Shown one piece after another: positions 41,294-52,800 of a DNA stretch of 64,000 nt. Origin of the DNA: Piromyces finnis finn. Taxonomy: Eukaryota; Fungi; Neocallimastigomycota. Made by a program: the position numbers and the translations under genes. Position 1 is the stretch's first letter; every line of letters begins with the position of its first letter. Under the pieces are notes generated by a model. It made no database searches. It saw nothing but the letters and a program-made list of their open reading frames with translations, and had not been told where the DNA came from. The DNA lies in contig MCFH01000019.1 of assembly GCA_002104945.1 (NCBI GenBank), positions 372,001 through 436,000 of the forward strand. Reading direction: 5' to 3'.

Positions 41294-41838
41294 ATGGCTG
41301 AAACTGAAGAAGTTAGTTTTATAAAAATTTTAATATATATCATAATTTTTTAAAAAAAAAAAAAAATTGAAATTTAACAAAACTCTAAATTATAAAAAAT
41401 AAAATTTTCGATAAAGTTAGAAGACTGGGAACTTGAAGAATTTGAACCAATTGCTGTTCCAACAATGTAAATTTCATAATATAATATAACATTTTCAACT
41501 TAACAATATTATACTTAATACTATTCAATATTATAAATAATAGTGAAAAGAAACAATATTCTTTACAAACAGAATCATATATTAATGGATATACTCCCCA
41601 GGTAAAAAGCATGAATTTATTAAAACATTAATTTATAATAATATCATTGTGTATTTATTTTTATTATCTGTTTATACATAAAAAGGTAAAAATCTTAAAG
41701 AGAGATAAAGATGAAGTTAAACAAAAGTTTGAAGAAAGTCAAATAAAAAGAACAATAATAAATACAAAAAAGTCATTAGCAGAAAGAGAAGAAGAATATA
41801 GAAAAGCAAGATTAAAGATTTTTGGAAAATCAGAATAA
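41294..41838 (+). CDS. SZRD1: SUZ-domain protein (SZRD1-like), 92 aa if started at its own ATG, 4 exons
   Basis: Exons 41294-41311, 41417-41466, 41544-41601 and 41686-41838. MAETEELEDWE...PQVKILKR...KKSLAEREEEYRKARLKIFG matches the SUZ signature. Confidence 0.82.
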
Positions 41839-42325
41839 ATATTTTCATAGAATAAAAAAATATATATAAAGATTTTGAATAAAGAAATGAAAAATAAAAA
41901 TAAAAAGAAAGAAAGAATCACACAGCTTTATGTATTTAAATTTTGATATTACAATAATATAACTTTAAAATAAATTTTAATAATATCATTTTCAGGATAA
42001 TTAAAATATAATCATCATTAATACAAATTGTATTATATTACACATTTTTAAAAGTTTTCAAATTGACTTGTAGAATTTGAACATCTTTTTATATATAAAA
42101 AAGAATTTGAATAGAAATATTTTTTAAAAGACAAATATTACTTGTTATTTAGATTTTAAGCATACTCGAAATATATTTATTTCATTATTATATGATTATT
42201 ATATATGGTATAAAATGATACAGACTATATACATGTTGATTTTTCAATTTTTTTCTTTTTTTTTTTTTTTTTTTTTGAATTATACAAAGTTAGTGCAAAA
42301 GTCTTCCAACCAATAGCATTATATT

Positions 42326-43361
42326 TTAAAGTAAATGAGTTTCTTTAAGTTTATGTATTCTGGAATATTTATCAGGATTATTTCTTATTTTAATTTCTTC
42401 AGGAATAACTTCATCTAGTTTGTCAATTTTACTTATAATATCTGATATCAGTATTTGTGTTTTTTCGATATTATCTTCTACTTTTTGTACTATTTTTAAT
42501 TAATAATAAAATTTTAGTATAATGAATGGAATAAAAAAAAAAAGACAAAAGTTTATAAAAAATTTTTTACTATGACTATAAAATACAAAATATTATATTA
42601 CTTAGTTCATTCCCTATAAGTTGATATCCATTTTGCTTGGTTTGACTCAAGCGTTTTGAAACGCTACTATCAATATCATTGCAATAAGTTGATAATTGTT
42701 TGAAATTTTCAAATAATATATTCTATGGATAATGTATTTCCATTATTAAATAAAAATGTATTGTCAATTTAAATATTATATCATAATAATTTAATATATA
42801 TGAATAGTATTTTACTTGATCTTTAATGACTGTTTTTGAACATTCCATTAAATATTGTTGATATTGCTCAAAAAAATTTATAAATGGTTGTGGATTTAAA
42901 GTTTCTTTAGAATAACAAGCAAAAAAAAAAAAAAAAAAAAAGGTATATTTAATTATTATTTATTTAAAAGGTATATTGTAAATTTTGTTTATCAAAATTT
43001 ACCTGGAATGTTTTGATTTCGTTTATTTGAAAAAAGGGTATTCCAATTTGGACCATCAATAGTAGAAAGAAGAGGTTGAACCTTTTATTATTATTATTTA
43101 TTTTGTTTTTAATATGTATAGATTTTATGCGTATTAAAAAATTGTATTTTTTTTAATTTCGAAATATTACCTTTTTAATACTATTTAACGTTTCTAATTC
43201 AGGTTCTGATTTTTGCTCTTCTTTCCTTTGATTAACCACAATAATTTTTTCAGTTGGATCTTCCTTTTTTACATATACATATATTATTGTTACTACTATT
43301 TTATATTATTTTAAAAATAATGTTTATACTACTTTTATGGCAATTCAATTATTACTTTCAT
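42326..43361 (-). CDS. BORCS5: BLOC-1-related complex subunit 5 (BORCS5/Myrlysin/LOH12CR1)-like
   Basis: Hand-spliced: EKIIVVNQ...EPELETLNSIKKVQPLL...LNPQPFINFFEQYQQYLMECSKTVIKDQNILFENFKQL...IQKVEDNIEKTQILISDIISKIDKLDEVIPEE. This parallels human IVVVAQ...DPDVIKLQEIPTFQPLL...[20 protein letters not shown]...RLNSMLPE. Start codon is inferred from a 6-nt coding exon. Confidence 0.75.
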
Positions 43362-43792
43362 TTTAAAATAGCTTTGGTATTTAATAGACAATATTATTAA
43401 AATCTTTCTATTTGACTATTTATTTCTCCATATCTATAGTTGTTACGCCGTTGTTATTATTATTGTAATAATAAATGTTTTCTTAATCTTTTTTTTTTTT
43501 TTTTGTTCGTCCCTTTTTAATAAAAAAAAAAAAAAATTATTTGTGTTACTTTAAAATTTTTACTAATTAATTTTTCTTTTATTAACAGAAATTAAAATTT
43601 TTATCTCCTTTTATTAGAATATAATTTTTAACACTTTTTATTAGAATATAATTTTAAAAATTACCAGCATATTAATATATTATATATATATATATATAAA
43701 AAAGAGAGAAATTCCATATCTTTATTAATAATTGTTTACTATTAAAAAAACAGTATATATGATAATAAAATTTTAAATTTTGATAAAATAAA

Positions 43793-46690
43793 ATGGATAT
43801 TTCTACTTTTGGTCAATTTAGTACCCAAGGTGTACTAATTAAATTTAGTGATTTAACCATCCTTTGTGATGCTTCTCTTTTTACCATAAACCAAAAACCT
43901 CTTCCATTTGTGGATTATAATATTCAAGAAATGGAAAATGTTGAATACATATTTATATCCAATTTTTATCAAATGATGGCCTTACCACTCATTACAGAAT
44001 ACACTCATTTTACAGGAAAAATATATGCCACAGAACCAACAGTTGAATTTGGACGGTAACAATTATAGAGATAAATATATACATATAATTGTAAAAGTAC
44101 CTCATAACTGGATAAATACTAAATGTTTAAATGTAAAATTTATAATGATTTAAAATTTGAAATTTATAAATGAATGTATAAATAGATTATTAATGAATGA
44201 GCTTGTTCATGAAAAAGAAAAATATTTAATTGGAAAAGATTTTTTAAGAAGGTATATAATATTTTTTTTAAGAAAAATAAAAAAAAGTTTATATTATATA
44301 GATATTAAAATAGAGTAGAGAAAAAAGAATCTAAAATTCCATTATATTTTAAAATATATATAAAATCTTAATTTTAAAATTTGTTTAGAAATTTCAATCC
44401 AATTTTTAATAATCCATTATATTCAGAATATGATATCAATTCCTGCATTGAAAAAATACAATATGTTCATTATGGAGAAATATTGGTATATTTTAATATA
44501 TTATTCATTTAATATAATTAATAAATTATCAACTATTCATGCATACCCTTCATTTTAATTTTATAATTTTTAAAGAGTTTATCAGAAGACACCAAAGTTA
44601 TAGCTTCAAGTTCGGGTTATTGCTTAGGTGGAACAAATTGGTCTTTTTTAAATTCAGATAAAAAGGTAAATAATAAGAATGAAAAGAAAAAAAAAGTATA
44701 AAACGAAAAAAAAAAAAATAATAATAAATGCTTTGAAAACATATATTAAGAATAATAAATCATTGTAATATATTATAATATTATTAAAATCTTTATTTCA
44801 TAAAGGTGGTCTATTTATCATTATCTTCTTTTCAACATTGTCATCAATGTCCTTTACAAATTGAACCATTATTAAATCCTGATGCTCTAATTATTTCAGG
44901 AGGAATTGCTATTAATAATTTTGATATCAATGAGTCTATTAAAAAAATTATTTCATCCATAAGTAAATATATTTTAAAAAATTATATTACATTAGCAAGA
45001 AAAGAGAGATATCATGATAAATATATATATATATATATATATATAGTAAACATTTCATTAATATATAAAAATAATTTTTGTGTATTGCTTTTTTTTTTTT
45101 ATAAATTAAAATAGTGTTTACACTTCAAAATGGAGGAAATGTTATTATACCCGCTTTATCTTGTGGAATTATTTTTGATATATTAGAATACTTAAGTATT
45201 TATACCAAAGATATTAAAAATCATTCTTATCATGTAATATCTCCAATTGCTAAACATTCACTACACTATTCAGGAATTTTATCGGAATGGTATTAAAATT
45301 ATTAAATATTTATATATATATTTAATTAAATACTATTTAATCTTTATTAATTAAACTCACATCTACTTATTCGAAAAATATATAATATCGATAATATTTT
45401 TCAAAGGATGAATGAAAAACACAAAGATAGAGTATATCAACAAGAAGAACCTATGAGATGTCATGAAATGTTAAATAACGGTCAATTACATACACATTTC
45501 AGTATTCAAGACTTTTTCAAAAATAAAAAATCTGAATCTTCAATTATATTTATTGATCATCCTTCTTTAAATATGGGTGATGTAATACCATTAATAAATC
45601 TCTGGAAAAATGATCAAAAAAATACCTTAATATGGATAAGTAAATTATTCAAATTACTTATAGACTTTATAATATATTAATATTCATAGTCATATTAAAA
45701 AAAAATTTTTTTTATTATGTATATATTAATAGCACCTACGGATGACTTACCAGAGATTTTAAATAATTTTCAACCACTCTATTTAAATGTTCAATATTGT
45801 CCAATAGATATTAGATTAAATGATAAACAATTTAAAGATTTAGTAGAAAAAATAAACCCAAAAGAAGTTTTATTACCGGAGTCTCATTTTAAACCATCTC
45901 GATTAAGTATGACATATCCTGATGATGGTTTATATTTAAAATATGGACAAAAAAGTTACCATCTTTATGACAAAAATAGGATAAAATCAGCATACATTAC
46001 AGAAGAGGTAAATTAAATAATTATTTAAATTTATTATATTATCTCTATTAAAAATTATTACAACATATGATGATACAAATATTTAAATTTTTATTTTTTT
46101 TTTTTTCTTTTATTTTTCTATTTTTATGCTGCTATCTTTTTTAAATATATATATATTCTTTTTTTAATAAATAATTAAGCTTGCTAAAAAACAATTTCCA
46201 AAATATCATAATGAAACCTGTTTATATTATCCTTATCGAGGTGTCTTGGAATTTACTAATGGAAAAATATATATTAAATCATTGAAAGCTTACGAAGATA
46301 GTGACCTTGATGTTAAATACAAAGAAATTGATATTCAAGATCTTTGTCAAAAAATTAGTAATGTTAGTATATATTAATGGATATTAATTGATTAAAATTA
46401 AAATAAAAAAAAAAAAAAAATCATAATATTTTAATAGATTTATAATTAATAAAATTTATCGATTATTTATTTTTGATATAATACAGTCTGGCCTTGGAGA
46501 AACATTAATTGAGAAAAATTATGATTATACATATATTAAATTACCTGTTTATCATGCTTTACTAAAATTCAATAATAGTTCAATTCAAATAGAAACAACT
46601 AATAACAAAATACGTAAAAAGATATATGATATAATTAAAAATATATTTGACTTAACTACCGATGGAAATGAAAAAAACAACATAAACTAG
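43793..46690 (+). CDS. INTS9: Integrator complex subunit 9 (catalytically inactive metallo-beta-lactamase/beta-CASP), multi-exon
   Basis: [129 protein letters not shown] and [10 protein letters not shown] are all INTS9-family blocks. Confidence 0.88.
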
Positions 46691-46919
46691 TTTTTTTTTT
46701 TTTTTTTTTTTTATACATATACATATACATATACATATTTTTGATAAACAATAATAATTAATATAATCCAACATAAATTAGAAAAATAAAAAATCAAATA
46801 AAAAAGTTATTAATCATGTAAATAAAAGGAAATAAACATTTTATATATATATATATATATATTTTTTTTTTATTAATTTATTCATTTATTTAATTATTGT
46901 TTTTTAAATAGAAAATATA

Positions 46920-47860
46920 TTAATGTAATTTTAATGAAGATGGATTAATTTTTTTAATATAATTAACAACTTTAACATCATTAATTGATTCATTATCTTT
47001 ATTTATAGTATCAAAAGTTCTAATATAGTCACTAAAATTAAAGCTTTTAAGCGTTGGTTTAGGCGAATTTTGTATATATATATCGGAATTAGAATTACTG
47101 TATATTGAATTATCTTCAAGGTTAGATAATGGAGATTGTAATGTTGGACAATCCATTTTATAAATTGAATTATTAAAATTATTATTTAGAGTTGACTCAT
47201 TACCTTCATTTTCATTTATAGATTCATTTTCATTGCTCTCTAAAGAATCATCAATGACAACTTCATTAGCATTTACACAAATAATATTTTCAAAGGCTTT
47301 ATTATTATCATAAAAAATATTGGTATAATGGTAAGAGTCTTTACTATTTAATTCATGATTATTAGAATTATGGTTGGCGTTCAAATTCGTTATAACATCT
47401 AAATCTAAATTGGATCGGTTATTATTATCTATCTCTTCGTGAAACGTTATGGAAGCACTAGGAATTATTAATCTTAATTGCGTTTCATTTTCGTCATTTT
47501 CATCACTATTCTTTTCCTTATTATTTTTTAATTTTTTACTTGAGCTTTGATTAATGTTCATGCTCTTTTTATTACTTAAAAGTAAATCTGTTTTTGAACT
47601 AATTGTATTAAGATCTGAATTACTATTATTATTACTTAACAAAGTGTCTCCGTCCTCAATATTAATAGATAAGTAGGAATCTTCTAATATTTTAATATAA
47701 TCAGAGTTTGATGGAAGATTCATTAGGCTGGATAAATCACATTTTTTTAGTTTGATTTCTTTTCTATCACTTGTTATTTTTTTTGTAGATTTAGAATTAT
47801 CATGATTTGACGTTGATTTTGAAGAGGATGCCAGTGTTAATTTTGTTGATAATTTTGACA

Positions 47861-47911
<51 letters not shown>

Positions 47912-49390
47912 TATTATTATTAAATTTGCCATCTTTATTCATTTTTGATTTAAATGTATTTTTACTTTTTGCTTTTTTAAGTGAATTAGACGTTTTATTT
48001 TTGGATACTGAATAATTACTTTTACCAGAATTTATATTTTCAAATTTATTGATATTCTTTTCATGAATTATGGTTTTTTTACTAATAATAGATATATTTT
48101 TATCCTTAATTATATTTTTATTTTTGATATGACTACTATTATTATGATATACCTTTGGTATTTTTGACGATGAAGATACAGTAGAAACAATATTTGAATA
48201 TATATTATTACTTTCCTTACTGTAATCATCATTGGTATAGTTATCATTGGCATATAATATATATGAAGATTCAGAATTGGGTATGTCATAATTTATATTA
48301 TTAGTATTATTATTTGTATTATTAAATTTTTGAATTTTTACTTTATTTCCTTGTATTGATAAATCTTCTATTAGACTAGCCTCTACATGTCTATTTAAAC
48401 TATTATTATCTATTCCATTTTTTATTACTTTTTTCTTTGATTTTCCAGTAGCTTTTGTTGCTGAATTAATATTATGAGATTCTTTTTTCTTTGATTTTAT
48501 ATAGGAGATTAACTCATTATTATTAGGTTGATTATTAAAAAGAAAGTCAAAAGAATTTTTCTGATTAGAATATAATATATCAGTTATACTTGTTGATGTT
48601 TCATTTGATAATAACGAACTAGCAGATGAAATTAATGAACTTTCAGATAATAAATTTTCATTTAAAAAAGTTGAATATGTTTTTCCAAAATTTTTTTTAT
48701 GATAACTTTTCACTATTATTTATAATATATTATTAGATATTTTTTTTTTTTGTATGTATGTATGTGTTAACAATAAAATGATTAATATTTAATAAATATC
48801 TTTATATTTTTTATTAAAAATTTTATTTACAATTAGGATAATCATATATAGATTCAGTAGATATTGAAGATGCAGAGGATAATGTTTTATTTGTTACTAT
48901 TGATTTATATTTCTGGTTTTTATTTTGTAATTTTGTTAAATTTTCGTCAATTAATATATTTTCAATACTTCTATTAATTTTGCTTTCTAAATTTATTTTT
49001 GAAATATCATCCTGAATATGGCTATAGGATTGTCCATCTATTGTATATATTTATATATAAAATTGAAAAATAAATTACTTTCTATACTACTATTATACAG
49101 TAATCAATAAATAATTTATTATTACCTTCAATATTCTTTTTATACGTTTTTTTTTTTTTTTTTTTTATTTAATAAAATATTAATAAAATATATAAAAAAT
49201 TAAATATTTCATTTCCTTATTTATTATATAAAAAAATTTAAAAATTTTGTTTCATTACATTATATGTTTCTGTAATATTAAACTTTGATTTTGGAAATAA
49301 CTTATTATTCATTAATTTTATGCTATTATAATTTGAATTTTTAAATAAAGGACTTTTATATTCATTATAATCGGATTTGTTAAACAACAT
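46920..49390 (-). CDS. Hypothetical Asn/Ser/Lys-rich, largely disordered protein (about 700 aa); no recognisable domain
   Basis: A 1.8-kb stop-free exon (46920 to about 48715) in very AT-rich DNA is unlikely by chance. Upstream exons near 48830-49048, about 49125-49134 and 49260-49390 join in frame through GT-AG introns. Start codon uncertain. Confidence 0.7.
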
Positions 49391-49879
49391 TTCTTGATAA
49401 TTACTCTATTTTTTTGACTATCTATTTGCTATTAATTCTTATTTCTGTAATTAGAAGAAAAAAAAATAAAAAAAAATAATTAGAAGAAAATGGGGAAAAA
49501 AGAATTTTTTTTTTTTTTTTGATTTCTATATTTGTTTTAGTAAAACTTTAAAATGTTTATTTAAACCGAAAAACTGAATAACTTTTAAACATAAATTAAC
49601 ACTGTAAGTAAAAACAAAAAAAAAAAAAATAGATAAAAATAATATTTAAAAATGAATAATAAAGGAAGCAGTTTTTCAATAACTTTTATATATTTTATCA
49701 ATTTTATTTTAAAATTTCATACATTTATTAGTATATTTTTTTTTAAATATATCTTAGAATAAAACTATATAATTACTTATTTAACATTCTATATATATTT
49801 TTAATAACTTATTCTATATAAATATATATTATTAATAATAATATTCTATTTTATACTTAAAAATAAAAAATCAATAAAC

Positions 49880-52800
49880 TTAAGCATAGAACCTATTTAA
49901 AAATATATATATATATATATATTTATATATAAATAATACATTAATATTTATAATTATATTAAAAAAAAAAAGACTATACACTATTTATTATCCTATACTT
50001 ACTTTTTATTAATTAAGTGAAGTAATAAGTTGACATTAATTTTAGCTGTATCATCGGAAATAGATAATACTTGAATTTCATCATATTTGGCTTGAAGTAA
50101 TTCATCTAAAGTAATATCAATTGAAATTGGATCGAAGATTTTGGATGCGATAGTTTTTGCAACAATAGTGAAGACACCAGGTTCATCTGATGAAATAGTA
50201 AATTTAATGGCACTGTACATTTTTTGAGGTATGCCTTCAATAGAAACTAACACACCACGCTTGTATAATTGATCTGCAGTATATTGATAAGATCCGAATT
50301 TTGGTACCTTTCCTTCTTTTTCCAACTTTTTCATGTAATAATATTGTTTAGAGAAGATAGTTGGTTTTGATTTTCTATAAATTTTGATTTAATACAATGT
50401 ATAAATATGAATATATAAATGAATACATATATATTTAATGGTTGTTTTTACAATTAAATATATTTTAACCCTATAAATATGTTAATTTAAAAAAACTTAC
50501 GGTTTCTTATTATTGGAAATTTGGTTTCTACACATATCAATGTAATTATTGTATGTTTCCTTTTGTGATAACAAATATTCTTCTTTTTGCTTAAGATTTT
50601 CAATAGTTTGCTTTAATTTCTTAATTTCATTAAGTCTTACTTCACGTTGAATATTTTTATTTCTAAGTTCCTTTTTGTCAAAAAAAAAAAAAAAATTGTA
50701 AAATATTAAAAGTTTATTACTTACAATTACTCTATATATTATATTGTAATTACAATTTAATATAAAAATAACAATCAATATTTACTTTTCCTATGATATT
50801 CAATACAGCTTGATATTCATCTTCTTTTTTAATGTCATGATAACCTTCTAATTTTTCTAAGTTTTCAAGAGTTTTTTGCTTGTATTCAGCTAATGTAGAT
50901 TCTTTAAGATTATGAAGAGATATACTAAGTTCTTGAGAACGTCTAATTTCATCTTCTTTAGCTTCAATTTCATTTTGACTTTTGTAAACGCTATTATTGG
51001 ATTTGTTAACACTATTATTAGATTTACTAATATTATTAGCATTACTGCTAACACTAACAGCAGACTTTGATAAATTTCCTGAAGACTTTACGACATTGGA
51101 ATTGGATTTATTTACACTTGTTTGAGAATTATGTGCTGAATTTGGATTAGACTTGTTCCTTAAATTATATTCTAATTCTTTCTTTTCTTCTTCTCTCTTT
51201 TTCTTTAATTGTTCTTCATTTCTAATCTTGCGATCAATCATTTCTTGGAATTTCTTTTCATCCTTATCAGTAGTTTTGTCATTTAATATATTTAAGATTG
51301 ATGAACCATTTTGTATCTTTAAAATATCAAGAATCATATTCTTTGTTTTTCTGAATAATTGTTTCTTCATACTTTCTTCATCATCTATTATTTTAAAAAT
51401 TCATATTAATATCATGTGGTATTAAATATATTAATATATATATTCATTTATATAAAAATACCCTTTATATCAGCAAAACCATTAACTAATGGTAAATTTA
51501 TTACTTTTTCGCTGGTTTCTGTTGAGGATGGTTCACCTAAATTATTTAATATTAATCTTAATGGATCTTTTTCATTTACTTCCTGTTTCCCCATCAAATA
51601 AAATATACATAAATAAAATTAATATTTTAATAAAAAATTAAATTATTTTCATATTTTATACATATTATTTTAATCTTACAATATCATCAATATGTTCCAA
51701 GATACATAAATGAGTTTCAATAATTTCCTTTGGTGAAATGAAAATAACTGGGTTACTAGTTTTGGTTAAATCATCAAACTCATCAATTTGGAAATGAACT
51801 TCTGGAGCATCAACACAAGCAACTAAAATAAAAAAAAATTAAATTATAATTATTAATAATAATATATTTAAAAATTAAATTATATTTATATATATTGAAA
51901 TTTACCTTTATTGAAGAAAACAGCAAACTTCTTTGCTGCAATACTAATAAATTCATTTAATGGTTGTAACCATGGGTTATCATCAGCAAATGGTTTATTA
52001 GCTGAAATATTATGTAATAACTTTGCAACCTATTTATAAAGGTGTAAAAGATAATTGTATTAATAATATTAATCTTTATAAATATATTATTAATATTAAT
52101 GGGAATTTACTTCAGCAAGGTTTTTACGTTGAGTTTGTTCAATTGTAGCATCAATAATATCAAATCCTTCAGGAGCACTGATATTAGCATATAGTTTTAA
52201 AATATATTTTATTAATTAGTTTAATTATTTTTTATTTATTTATAATTGATATTTTATTATTATAATTTTATTTTATTCTTACCAAATAACTGGGTTAATA
52301 TATCTATAGTAAATTAAATTACCCAAGATCTTTGTAACATCAGCTTGATTATTTGGCCATTTTTTGGTAAAGTATAAAGATAATTCCATAGCAATACATC
52401 TAATACTGTATGTCATCTTTGGTAAAGAGTCAATAATAGCATCTAAGAACTTTGTTGTAATTTCCTTTAATTTTTGAAGATCTATCATTAATATAATAAA
52501 GAATATAAATTTTAATATGGCATTCTTTATTTTTAATGTATTTTTTTAAATGGATTAGTAGATTATAATTATACTTACGAATAATGTACTTCTTTTTGGT
52601 TTCTTCATCATTTAAAGCTTCCTTAGCAGTAACATCATACTTTCTCTTCGATGGTTGACCAGTTTTAAATTCTTCTTCTCTAATAAGAGTTTTATAAATC
52701 TAATATAGAATTTTTAATTTTTTAGTATCATTAGAATTTATTTTTCAAGTTTTATTTTTTTTTATATTAAAATATTAATAGTTACAGAAATTGGGTCACT

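Noticed and set aside
24294-43361. Kinesin-1 and BORCS5 (functionally linked in animals) in the same window
   Set aside because: They are about 13 kb apart with unrelated genes between; no evidence beyond chance.
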